From positions 32,001-96,000 of IMG/VR virus record IMGVR_UViG_3300045988_166693: a stretch of 64,000 nucleotides of DNA; one strand, given 5' to 3'. Each line of letters starts with the position of its first letter. The first letter of the stretch is position 1. The notes beneath the pieces were generated by a model. The model was given only the letters and a program-made list of their open reading frames with translations. It was not told the origin of the DNA and searched no databases. The position numbers were made by a program, and so were the translations under genes. This DNA is from a virus. Positions 18,272 to 26,215 of the stretch are shown one piece after another.

Positions 18272-18577
18272 TCAGAGGGGGAAAGGTTTGTTTCCGAGCC
18301 ATTTCCGCATATTTTCGCATTGTATTCGCAACATTTTCTGCGTAGAGAGGCGGGCGTCAAAGTTCGTGAGGATATGTGTCACGGTACGCTCCCTGACACC
18401 TATTTTGGCAGCTATATAAGAAGGTGAGAAACCGGTCTCCGAGAGGAAATGCACAAGAAGGTAGCGTGCGTCGACCGTCTCCATGTCTTTGCGCCGCGAG
18501 AGAATCTGCGGGCACGAGATTTCTGTTTCCTCCGACACCTTGCGGAGGATATCATTAAATATGTCACTTTTACTCAT
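18272..18577 (-). CDS. small HTH DNA-binding protein (101 aa)
   Basis: The internal ATG of track ORF 18272..19120 gives MSKSDIFNDILRK...VDARYLLVHFLSETGFSPSYIAAKIGVRERTVTHIL, which is HTH-like. The upstream 181 codons of the track ORF are out-of-frame shadow over the lipoprotein gene. Confidence 0.5.
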   Translation of the reverse strand: MSKSDIFNDILRKVSEETEISCPQILSRRKDMETVDARYLLVHFLSETGFSPSYIAAKIGVRERTVTHILTNFDARLSTQKMLRIQCENMRKWLGNKPFPL

Positions 18578-18648
18578 CGTTTCTTTTATTTGGTTGGGAC
18601 TTGCGCCCCGTGTTTTTCGTATCTTCCTTTGCAGACAGCCTGCTGCCG

Positions 18649-19227
18649 TTACCATTGCAGCAGGTTGTAGTTGAGAGTCACCGCCACGACAGCGCCCATC
18701 TTTCCGTCCGGTCCGACGCCGTAACCGACACTCAGTCCGATGCCCCACCGCTTCCTTTTCGGAGCAGGAGGCGTCACAACGCCGGTCTGAGTCTGCCGGT
18801 AGAACTCGGCCGAAACCAGCCGGGGACGGTAGCCGGAAACCACGATCCGGTAGTCGTCGGTGCGGTATTCCTTTTCGGTGATGGGGATCAGTACGTCGGC
18901 ACTGTCCGCCGCGATGGAGTCCTTCCGGACAGGGAACCGGCCTGTCTCCAGCGTATCGGGCCGGGAGACGGCAGCCGAATCTTCCGCACCGGAAGCCGGT
19001 ACGGAAGGTTTCTGCGGCCGCAATACGGGCAGTCGTGCGGTGTCGGTACCCGCCGGACGTTCGGACACGGGCGGAGCAACAGCCGTGTCGCGCAGTGTGT
19101 CCACCCTGACGGGCAGCCACACCGTGTCTGCGGTTCCCGAACCTGGGTCAGCGCATCCCCGGAAGAAAAGCGAGAAGAGGAGCGCCGCCGTCAGAACGCC
19201 TGCCAGTATCCACGGAAGCTGCTTCAT
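18649..19227 (-). CDS. lipoprotein coupled to the endolysin (spanin-like position)
   Basis: MKQLPWILAGVLTAALLFSLFFRGC is a signal peptide plus lipobox. Its start overlaps the amidase stop by 4 nt. Pro-rich linker and Gly-rich C-terminus. Confidence 0.6.
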   Translation of the reverse strand: MKQLPWILAGVLTAALLFSLFFRGCADPGSGTADTVWLPVRVDTLRDTAVAPPVSERPAGTDTARLPVLRPQKPSVPASGAEDSAAVSRPDTLETGRFPVRKDSIAADSADVLIPITEKEYRTDDYRIVVSGYRPRLVSAEFYRQTQTGVVTPPAPKRKRWGIGLSVGYGVGPDGKMGAVVAVTLNYNLLQW

Positions 19228-19796
19228 ACGCCCAGGTATTTGCAGATACCGTCCACATGGATGGCGGTAATCTTCTGTTTGCCTTCTTCAGACAGCAGGA
19301 AGTCCACGTCTTCCCGGTTGTCCTGAAACAGGTTCTCCGTGAGCACGGCCGGGCATGCGGTGTGCCTGAGGATGTAGAAACCGCTTTCCTTGTCGCTGTC
19401 GCCGTCGGAAGTGTCCTTGCGGATCTTCATACCCTTGAGCACCTGCGAAGCCTGCTCATACAGGCACTCGGCCAGGGTGTCGGCCCTGGTCTGACCTACA
19501 CTGGTCCATGCTTCCCAGCCGCGTCCGGTCATCCACTGCGAGCCGTTTCCGGCTGCATTCAGGTGGATGGAAACCAGAATGCTGTCCTTCACGCGGTTGG
19601 CGCGTGCGCAACGCTCCTGCAGGGAGATGTCTTTCTCTTCGGGGACGAGCAGCTGTGCGTCCAGACCTTTGGCCTTGAGCGCACTGACCACTCTTGCGGC
19701 TATTTCTCGGGCGTAGGCATACTCCCTCACCCGTCCGTCGGGAGACCGCTTCCCGGCGGTATCCGATCCGTGCCCGTTGTCAATCCAGATTTTCAT
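19224..19796 (-). CDS. N-acetylmuramoyl-L-alanine amidase (endolysin)
   Basis: IWIDNGHGSDTAGKRSPDG ... VSIHLNAAGNG ... VLTENLFQDNRED match Amidase_3-type metal and active-site segments. Confidence 0.85.
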   Translation of the reverse strand: MKIWIDNGHGSDTAGKRSPDGRVREYAYAREIAARVVSALKAKGLDAQLLVPEEKDISLQERCARANRVKDSILVSIHLNAAGNGSQWMTGRGWEAWTSVGQTRADTLAECLYEQASQVLKGMKIRKDTSDGDSDKESGFYILRHTACPAVLTENLFQDNREDVDFLLSEEGKQKITAIHVDGICKYLGV

Positions 19797-19862
19797 TTCG
19801 GGAAAAGTTTAGTGTCAGTTTAGTTTTTGTGTTGTGCTTGTTTCTTTGTGTTGTGGCTGTTC

Positions 19863-20438
19863 TTATGCAGAAGCCAGGACTCCGGCTTTTTCCAGCTCGT
19901 CAATAAGCTTGTTCAACACCGTGTGGGCATCAGCCTGTCCGGTTGCGTCAGTCACGTGAGCGCCCTGTTTCACCAGACCTGCCTTACCCGACGTAGCATT
20001 GGTGTAAGTCGTATCGGTCCAGTTTACCGTTACATAGGCTTTCCCGCTTCCGTCTACCTTTACAGCATAGTTCTTGCTGTTTTCGGAATAGCCGGTCTGG
20101 ATACCTCCCAGCGCAGAATCAGTGGCTTTCGGAAGCACATAGCTTTCACCACCGCCGCCACCGCCGGCTGCTGCGGAATCCTTGATGACCAATGCCTTGA
20201 CTTTTTTCACCTCTACATCGCTCAGCAGACGCACCTTCATGCCGGCAGGTACGTTGATTTCGATGACGGTATTGGTGAAATTCACCGTCTCCATCGTGAC
20301 AGGTTCCATGGTGTCAATAAACTGGGAGATTGTAAGTCTTCCGGATTTCACACCCTGAATCTGCACCATTGTACGTCCTTCGGAAGTATATTCGGCCATA
20401 TAGCCTTCTGCTCCCTTCTTAAAACTGATTTCGTCCAT
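19863..20438 (-). CDS. virion-associated protein with fibre-like C-terminal half (191 aa)
   Basis: ATG ORF with a CA-rich leader, a poly-Gly linker (AAAGGGGGGE), then LPKATDSALGGIQTGY... which resembles phage fibre repeat segments. Confidence 0.45.
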   Translation of the reverse strand: MDEISFKKGAEGYMAEYTSEGRTMVQIQGVKSGRLTISQFIDTMEPVTMETVNFTNTVIEINVPAGMKVRLLSDVEVKKVKALVIKDSAAAGGGGGGESYVLPKATDSALGGIQTGYSENSKNYAVKVDGSGKAYVTVNWTDTTYTNATSGKAGLVKQGAHVTDATGQADAHTVLNKLIDELEKAGVLASA

Positions 20439-20467
20439 TGTTTGTGTTGTGTTTATGGTTTGTAACT

Positions 20468-21100
20468 TTATTTATACGGATTCTCCCGGTACTCCGGAAG
20501 AATGAACTGTATGTTCACCGCCGCTTCATGCAGCACCTTGTGTACCTGCTCCTCGCTCACCTCCATTTCGTCGGTAAATTCGGTGAAGATGTTTCCTACC
20601 CAGTCGGACGCGCTGTTGAGTCTCTTGATGGCTACGGCCTTGCATCCGTTTGTGACGAAAAGCGATTTCGCCATCTTGTCCTTCACCTGCGTGTCGATGT
20701 CGGTGAAGCAGAGATACAGGTTCTCCGCCAGTCCCTGACTGAACACCGCCATCTCGCTCATGGGCAGACGCTGTACATTGTCCTTCATGCCCGAAACCCC
20801 CTTGCGCTTTACCTCGAAATAGATGGAAAGAAAGGCTGCGTTCCCCAACGGGTGTGGCTGCACGATGTAAACCCTGTCGGCTTTTGTTTCGTAGAGCACT
20901 TTCCACAACTCGCCGAACACCTTTGCCGTGTTCTCGCTCCGTTTGAATCCCAACCGTTCGGTCTCCTGTTTGTATCGCTCCAGCTTGAGATCATTCATTT
21001 TGTCGCGAAACTTCCGGTTCCTTTTGTCAATCCAGTTGAGAACAAAGGTTATGATAGAAAGTGCACCTGCAAAAATAGCCGCTACCATTTCTGCACCCAT
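20468..21100 (-). CDS. membrane-anchored hypothetical protein (210 aa)
   Basis: ATG ORF with an N-terminal TM helix (MVAAIFAGALSIITFVLNWI). Confidence 0.5.
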   Translation of the reverse strand: MGAEMVAAIFAGALSIITFVLNWIDKRNRKFRDKMNDLKLERYKQETERLGFKRSENTAKVFGELWKVLYETKADRVYIVQPHPLGNAAFLSIYFEVKRKGVSGMKDNVQRLPMSEMAVFSQGLAENLYLCFTDIDTQVKDKMAKSLFVTNGCKAVAIKRLNSASDWVGNIFTEFTDEMEVSEEQVHKVLHEAAVNIQFILPEYRENPYK

Positions 21101-21118
21101 TCCGTCTGCTCCTTTCTG

Positions 21119-21520
21119 TTATTCCTTCTTAGGTAGTGTCTGATCTTTTTTAAAAAGTTCCCCGATGGCTTTCACCAGATTATAGAACCCGCATCCGGAC
21201 AGTCCGGCAGCCACTCCGTAGATCAGCGCACCCCACCACGCATAAACCGACAGCAGCGGAGACACCTGAAGCGCCCATGCCACCATGCAGACTACAATAC
21301 CCACGGCACACGACATACCGATCTTTGCCAGACGGTTGCCGGCCACGGCAGGGATCAGCTTCGCGATCTGCGTCACGATGGCCGAAATAAGTGCTACGAT
21401 ACCGGTAAACGTACCCAGGTCGATTGCGAAATCACCTCCGGCGGTTTCAGTTCCGGAAACTTCCTGTGCGAAGAGTGCACAGGGCATCAGCATTGCAAAG
21501 AGTAAAATCATCTTTTTCAT
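21119..21520 (-). CDS. multi-pass membrane protein, holin candidate (133 aa)
   Basis: Signal-like N-terminus followed by about three hydrophobic helices. First gene of the operon that contains the amidase. Confidence 0.4.
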   Translation of the reverse strand: MKKMILLFAMLMPCALFAQEVSGTETAGGDFAIDLGTFTGIVALISAIVTQIAKLIPAVAGNRLAKIGMSCAVGIVVCMVAWALQVSPLLSVYAWWGALIYGVAAGLSGCGFYNLVKAIGELFKKDQTLPKKE

Positions 21521-21563
21521 TTTGTCGTCTTTTTTTAGTTAAACATCTGTTTTTCTTGCAATA

Positions 21564-21598
21564 CAAAGTTAGGAATTGGGCATTTCAGAATGAAGGAC
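21564..21598 (-). promoter_or_regulatory. late-operon element GTCCTTCA-N19-TAACTTTG (copy B)
   Basis: Minus strand: TTTTTTTTGTCCTTCAttctgaaatgcccaattccTAACTTTG, ending 43 nt before ATG 21520. Confidence 0.6.
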
Positions 21599-21606
21599 AA
21601 AAAAAA

Positions 21607-21630
21607 TAGCCCGATCTCACGACCAGGCTA
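21607..21630 (-). terminator. 10-bp stem, GTGA tetraloop, T8
   Basis: Minus strand: tagcctggtcGTGAgatcgggcta followed by tttttttt. Near-identical copy at 26812..26835. Confidence 0.7.
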
Positions 21631-21660
21631 ACGATATAATAATTATATCCTATTTTTTCT

Positions 21661-21894
21661 TTACAAACACCCGATAATAATACCTACCGCATCAGCTATA
21701 AGGCCTTTCTTGTCGAATGTGCCTTTCTTCATCAGTTTATCCCAAACAACTTCCTTCCCCACTCCGGCCAATGCGGCAACTAATACCGCTACCCACAGAG
21801 GAAGGATCAGGTTAAGGACAACTACCATCACATTGCTCGCAATGACGTGCTTTAGTCCGTCATGTCCGAAATAATTGAATACTTTGCTTATCAT
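21661..21894 (-). CDS. small two-TM membrane protein (77 aa), holin-like
   Basis: Hydrophobic segments VMVVVLNLILPLWVAVLVAALAGV and LIADAVGIIIGCL. 4-nt overlap with the upstream gene. Confidence 0.4.
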   Translation of the reverse strand: MISKVFNYFGHDGLKHVIASNVMVVVLNLILPLWVAVLVAALAGVGKEVVWDKLMKKGTFDKKGLIADAVGIIIGCL

Positions 21895-22601
21895 GCTTCT
21901 ACTTTTTGAACAAATCCACCACTTACAAGGTCTGCAAGGTTATGAGTTACCTTGTTGCCTGTATTTCTGATACACTTATATACTACTCCGCTTTGGGTGT
22001 AATACTTGCCTTCTTCCAGTATCATTCCCTGCCACATCGGATTTAACTCTTCGTTGTAAGGTATCGGGTCTTCCAATGTTCCTTCGTGATCTTCTACTAC
22101 TTCAACCCATAAAGACGACTGGTTCCCCGGAGACCAGTTAGATTGCGTAGTGTGATCCTGCATTACTTCGTAAAGTTTCCCGTTGTACTTATACTTTTCT
22201 CCCTGTTTTACCTGCACGCTGTCTGCCGACCATTCGGGATAAAACTCTTTAACCGACAATGCTTCCTTGTTGGTAAGATTGAGTGTGCCGATAATCTCAT
22301 TAACCATAGCGACATCTTTTTTCAACCGTTCCAAATCTGAATACTTCGGCATTACTCCACTTTCAGCAGTCCAAATCTCATCTTCCTGCACTTCTTCGCC
22401 TGTTCGTTTCCATATCTGCACGAAGCATACATCATACTCCCTGTAAACACAAAACTCCGCATCGGACGGCTGTTCCACTTCGCAAACAGGTTTATATCCT
22501 TGTGCGATAATTTCCTCTTCGGTAAGCTTTCCGCCCACCTGCACTCCTTTTTCCACTTCAAGCGTCTGAAGTGTTCCTTCTGTAATTTTTCCGTACTTCA
22601 T
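21891..22601 (-). CDS. fibre-associated protein, paralog of 27706..28350 (236 aa)
   Basis: C-terminus GTLEDPIPYNEELNPMWQGMILEEGKYYTQSGVVYKCIRNTGNKVTHNLADLVSG aligns with GTKEDPIPYNNNMELFEGKYYSQNGITYKCTRNTGQAVYQDLSGLVG. The start is placed at ATG 22601 (MKYGKITEG). The track start 22727 would overlap the RT by 89 nt. Confidence 0.55.
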   Translation of the reverse strand: MKYGKITEGTLQTLEVEKGVQVGGKLTEEEIIAQGYKPVCEVEQPSDAEFCVYREYDVCFVQIWKRTGEEVQEDEIWTAESGVMPKYSDLERLKKDVAMVNEIIGTLNLTNKEALSVKEFYPEWSADSVQVKQGEKYKYNGKLYEVMQDHTTQSNWSPGNQSSLWVEVVEDHEGTLEDPIPYNEELNPMWQGMILEEGKYYTQSGVVYKCIRNTGNKVTHNLADLVSGGFVQKVEA

Positions 22602-22638
22602 ATTATTAATGTTTTTAAATATTGCTATCAATTGTCCG

Positions 22639-24111
22639 TTATGCTCGCATATATGCAGGCTCGCGGAGCTGTAGGGGGAACCTCCTTTTCGGATAGTACC
22701 TTGTCGGCGGTTTGAATATGGAAGCATAGTCGTTCAGGTTTAGATATGATGTCTTGTTTGGTTTATACTTGTCTTTCAGCACACAGACGAACCTGCCGTT
22801 CTTGTTGCGGAAATACAGCCATTCGGAGAATGTTTCCAGAGCTTTCTTTGCTATGCGCTTTTTGATGTTGAAGGACGCTGTTCCTTTCATCAGACCGAAA
22901 TAGCTGTTTATGCTTTGCATGACGTGTACGGCGTTATCGTACGACGGCATCCGGCTGTATTCTTCTATCGCTGTATGGAGGGCATGTACTGTACGGTTGG
23001 ATATGTAAATACGGTTCAGCTTTACTACCTTTCCGCAGAACTTTACTCCGTGTAAGGCCGGCTGTATGTAGAATTTATCGGGATGGACTTTGAGTTTCAA
23101 CCGCTCGGCTACTTTGATGAATACTTTCCGGGCATGGATTATTTCGGATGCGGTTTCTGCCACCACGCATATATCATCTACAAACCGTGTGTATCTAACT
23201 CCGGTTTTTATCATTTCCGCATCGGCTTCGGCCATGACGAGGTTTGCCAACAATTGGGAATAGAAGTTTCCAATCGGGAGTCCTTTTTCGGGCGGGAGTC
23301 CGAAAAGGCTTTTGTTGGGCGGTACTTTATCCCACATTTTTATATCGGAACGTCGCTCGCAGTCTGTGGCCGGATTATGCTGTATCAGGGTGTGAAGCAG
23401 GAGGAGTTTTTCCTCCTTATCGGGCTTGTCGTAGTACATATCGGCGTATTTCCGCAAGATACGGTATGCTGTTTCCTTGTCTATCGACATAAAGAAGCCT
23501 GATATGTCCATTGTGGCTACGAAGGCTTTCTTTGTGTAGCCGTCCGTTATATCACGGATGTTCCGCTGTATCTGCTCGATGGCTGTAGATGCGGAATGTC
23601 CGATACGGTTGCCGTGGCTTACATCACCATTGGCTTCATGGACTTTCTCGCATATCTCTCCAAGCATCGGGGCAACGTAGTGGTGCACGATGCGGTCGGT
23701 GTAGTTTGCTGCGAAAACTTCTCTATACACAGGGTAGTCGAGGACAAAGCAGATGCTTGTCTGTGGCTGGTATCCGTTGTCTATCCTGTTTATCAATTCA
23801 TAAATACGCGACAGGTTGAAATGGAACGATGCTGCTTCGAGCGATGCGTGCTTGTTTTTGTAACAGTCGCTTTCGGCAGCTATCCAGGCGGACACTTTTT
23901 CTGATAAATCGGAGGCGGGCACCACACTATAGGTGTTGTTCGTGTTGTTGTTGTTCAAGTTGCCATTGCCCATGTTCACATACCAGGCATTGTTGCCATT
24001 GTTGCGGACACAGCTCCAGACGTTGCCGCCCAGGACTTCTGCCCTGTTAATCGAAATAGCTTGCTCACTGCAAGCACAGGGACCTTTATCATTAAACAGT
24101 TCTGCCGACAT
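22639..24111 (-). CDS. DGR reverse transcriptase
   Basis: LPIGNFYSQLLANL matches the DGR-RT I/LGxxxSQ motif, RFVDDICVV is the YxDD box, and FFMSID is RT motif 1/2-like. The ORF as drawn includes the TR in frame, so the true start is uncertain. Confidence 0.85.
   Translation of the reverse strand: MSAELFNDKGPCACSEQAISINRAEVLGGNVWSCVRNNGNNAWYVNMGNGNLNNNNTNNTYSVVPASDLSEKVSAWIAAESDCYKNKHASLEAASFHFNLSRIYELINRIDNGYQPQTSICFVLDYPVYREVFAANYTDRIVHHYVAPMLGEICEKVHEANGDVSHGNRIGHSASTAIEQIQRNIRDITDGYTKKAFVATMDISGFFMSIDKETAYRILRKYADMYYDKPDKEEKLLLLHTLIQHNPATDCERRSDIKMWDKVPPNKSLFGLPPEKGLPIGNFYSQLLANLVMAEADAEMIKTGVRYTRFVDDICVVAETASEIIHARKVFIKVAERLKLKVHPDKFYIQPALHGVKFCGKVVKLNRIYISNRTVHALHTAIEEYSRMPSYDNAVHVMQSINSYFGLMKGTASFNIKKRIAKKALETFSEWLYFRNKNGRFVCVLKDKYKPNKTSYLNLNDYASIFKPPTRYYPKRRFPLQLREPAYMRA
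23910..24037 (-). repeat. DGR template repeat (TR)
   Basis: 128-bp gap-free match to 24554..24681 with 18 mismatches, all at TR adenines on the coding strand. Rich in AAC/AAT codons. Confidence 0.9.
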
Positions 24112-24114
24112 AGT

Positions 24115-24468
24115 TCAAGACTTTTCGGTTCTGACATTCTTTATCCTCGCAAGCGAAGATAAAATGTTATCGCACAAAACGTCTATTACAGACGCTTTCT
24201 CTTTGCTGCATCCTCCAAGAGCCACTATCAAGTATATCCCAAACTGCAATTCGTATGTCAGTTCTGTAGCTCTTTTATAATAGTCCATTCCGCGGACCTG
24301 ACGCATAGCGTAACTGAAAAGCAATGCGCCTTGCTTCAGCATTGGGTCTATATATGTTCTGCTTATGACCTTATAAGCTTTGCTGTTGATTTCTATGAGA
24401 CAATTATTCAGGCGTATAACGTCCTGAATAATTGGTGCATCCAAATGTTTCCTCCCGGATCTGTTCAT
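24115..24468 (-). CDS. avd: DGR accessory variability determinant (Avd)-like protein
   Basis: 117-aa basic, helical ORF located between the VR-bearing target and TR/RT, the canonical avd position. Assignment rests on position and size. Confidence 0.6.
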   Translation of the reverse strand: MNRSGRKHLDAPIIQDVIRLNNCLIEINSKAYKVISRTYIDPMLKQGALLFSYAMRQVRGMDYYKRATELTYELQFGIYLIVALGGCSKEKASVIDVLCDNILSSLARIKNVRTEKS

Positions 24469-24518
24469 TTCTATTGTCGCGTATTAAATGTTAATATATT
24501 TTAATGCAAAAGTTGATG

Positions 24519-24537
24519 AGCCGTGCTCCGCACGGCT
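24519..24537 (-). other. GC-rich hairpin downstream of VR
   Basis: agccgtg/cacggct is a 7-bp stem (8 bp with C-G closure). It lies 16 nt 3' of the VR/TR homology boundary and 8 nt after the target stop codon. Confidence 0.5.
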
Positions 24538-24545
24538 GAGATAAA

Positions 24546-25964
24546 TCAAAAAGCGGAGGCGGGCACCACACTATAGGTGCTGCCCGTGCTGCTGCTGGTC
24601 AAGGTGCCACCGCCCATGCCCACACACCAGGCACTGCCGCCACCGTTGCGGACACAGCTCCAGACGTTGCCGCCCAGGACTGCAGGAACTCCCCATTTCT
24701 CATAACTGTTAAGATAGTTTATTAATCCTGAAATTATGCTTTTGTTTGTCCAGTATGGATATAATTCTTTCTCTCCGGCCATATATTTATTTTCAAGAGA
24801 TTTAATGTAATACACAGCATGAGAGTCCGCCATATTCCAGTCATAATTTGTACTGGAATTGCCGGGTCTGCTTATGTATGGGGTAATGATATACCAATAA
24901 CCGTCAACGGTAATTGCTTCTGCTCCTTTTGCTCCCGGAGAAAGAAGAGGTCGTTCGGCAGAATTTACTCCGGTGTCGTTCATGTTTACACCGTTTGTTT
25001 TCTGCTGTTCGTACAGCCATTCAGCATATTCAGGTTTGAAATAGTATGCGTTGTTTACCGAATGCCTGTTATTTGTATTGTACATTGCTTTCAAGCCTGT
25101 ATTCTGGCCGTTTACGAAGAAAAACATATCTTCGCCTGCCTGAGCCTGTGTACCTGACGAATTCAGGATTTCCAGATCGGTTATTGTGCCTTCTGCTTCA
25201 GAAGATGTTATGCCGCTACAGATAGCAAACCTGTGGCGAAGCCATTCATTCTGTACATACATGGCTTCAAGACGTTCGGCGTAATTATCCGCTATCATAG
25301 CATTTACATTGCCGCAATTCTTTTCCATTATCCAGCGTTGCCTGGTATTGCCGCTGTAAAGTTCAAGCTTATCGTCTTCAGTTACGGTTACGCTCCAGTC
25401 GGCTGCAAAGTGACTTCCTACGGTATGTGTGCCAAGGTTTTCATCTACTGTCCCATGATAGTCAGTACCTTCGCGTACGCCGGTCATCTGGTCGTATTCA
25501 TAAATTGAGTGTTGCATAGCGTTTGATGCTTTGTTTGTGGTACCGGATGTGGCGTAATATTCTCCCTTCCACGGCCAATAAAGAATGGCTCTGATACCGT
25601 TACATTCCAAAGAAAAACCTACAGGAGGAGCAATGAGTTCATTGTCAAAGCCATTTGCCATGCTTCGGTCGTTCCATTCTTTTACTGTGTAATGTTTCAG
25701 GTCTGCATCTACAATCTTGATATGGTCGTTTGTGGCTATCGCTGCAGTCTTTCCTTCACTCGTGGTGATAATGGTCGAACGTACCGGCAGTATCAGCATT
25801 TGCGATTCAAGGGCGTATTCATCCACTGTCGGAATGGCTGCTATTTTAGCCGGGTATTCGGAAAGGATTTCTCCGACATTTTCCACTCCTTTTGCCTCAA
25901 TAGCTGCCTTAATCGCAGCTTTACTGGCTAATATCTTGTTTAGTTTGTCTGCTGTTGTTCCCAT
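24546..25964 (-). CDS. DGR target protein, putative receptor-binding fibre protein
   Basis: The C-terminal ...GGNVWSCVRNGGGSAWCVGMGGGTLTSSSTGSTYSVVPASAF is encoded by VR. The start codon shares 1 nt with the upstream stop codon (TAATG). Confidence 0.85.
   Translation of the reverse strand: MGTTADKLNKILASKAAIKAAIEAKGVENVGEILSEYPAKIAAIPTVDEYALESQMLILPVRSTIITTSEGKTAAIATNDHIKIVDADLKHYTVKEWNDRSMANGFDNELIAPPVGFSLECNGIRAILYWPWKGEYYATSGTTNKASNAMQHSIYEYDQMTGVREGTDYHGTVDENLGTHTVGSHFAADWSVTVTEDDKLELYSGNTRQRWIMEKNCGNVNAMIADNYAERLEAMYVQNEWLRHRFAICSGITSSEAEGTITDLEILNSSGTQAQAGEDMFFFVNGQNTGLKAMYNTNNRHSVNNAYYFKPEYAEWLYEQQKTNGVNMNDTGVNSAERPLLSPGAKGAEAITVDGYWYIITPYISRPGNSSTNYDWNMADSHAVYYIKSLENKYMAGEKELYPYWTNKSIISGLINYLNSYEKWGVPAVLGGNVWSCVRNGGGSAWCVGMGGGTLTSSSTGSTYSVVPASAF
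24554..24681 (-). repeat. DGR variable repeat (VR)
   Basis: See TR. Covers the last ~43 codons of the target. The 3'-terminal 26 nt, including GGTGCCCGCCTCCG, are identical to TR. Confidence 0.9.
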
Positions 25965-26215
25965 TATATAACTTCTCCGTTTATATTGTCAAGGATTGAG
26001 TTGATATCTCCTATCTGGTCGATTGTCGCATACTTTTTATCTGCTTGTAAACCCGTGATAAAGCCGCTTACATCGGGAATATCACTGGGTTTGGCCAGCT
26101 GATCTGTCTGTATATATTTTTGCGTACCATTATCGGAAACATAAATTCGCTCCGTGCCTTTTATATCTTCCAGTTTAGTCTGTACCTGACTTAATTTTGT
26201 TCCTGTAATTGCCAT
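25964..26215 (-). CDS. small fibre-associated protein (83 aa)
   Basis: ATG ORF translationally coupled to the DGR target. The ending SILDNINGEVI is common in phage fibre-module proteins, as far as I recall. Confidence 0.5.
   Translation of the reverse strand: MAITGTKLSQVQTKLEDIKGTERIYVSDNGTQKYIQTDQLAKPSDIPDVSGFITGLQADKKYATIDQIGDINSILDNINGEVI

Noticed and set aside
18272-19326. 282-aa ORF 18272..19120, and plus ORFs 18601..19326 and 18860..19270
   Set aside because: Extremely Arg/Gly/Pro-rich shadow frames over the lipoprotein gene 18649..19227, which has a proper signal peptide and lipobox. Only the last 101 codons of the 282-aa ORF (from ATG 18577) look like a real protein.
22602-22727. 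Longer start (ATG 22727) for the fibre-associated paralog
   Set aside because: It would overlap the RT 3' end by 89 nt and add a non-conserved, Arg/Ser-rich leader. The paralog alignment begins after ATG 22601. Not fully excluded.
22639-24111. Reverse transcriptase as a retron, group II intron or Abi-type RT
   Set aside because: A TR/VR pair with adenine-only mismatches, an avd-like gene and the I/LGxxxSQ motif identify it as a DGR RT. I saw no msr/msd-like inverted repeats, intron domains or maturase/endonuclease domains.
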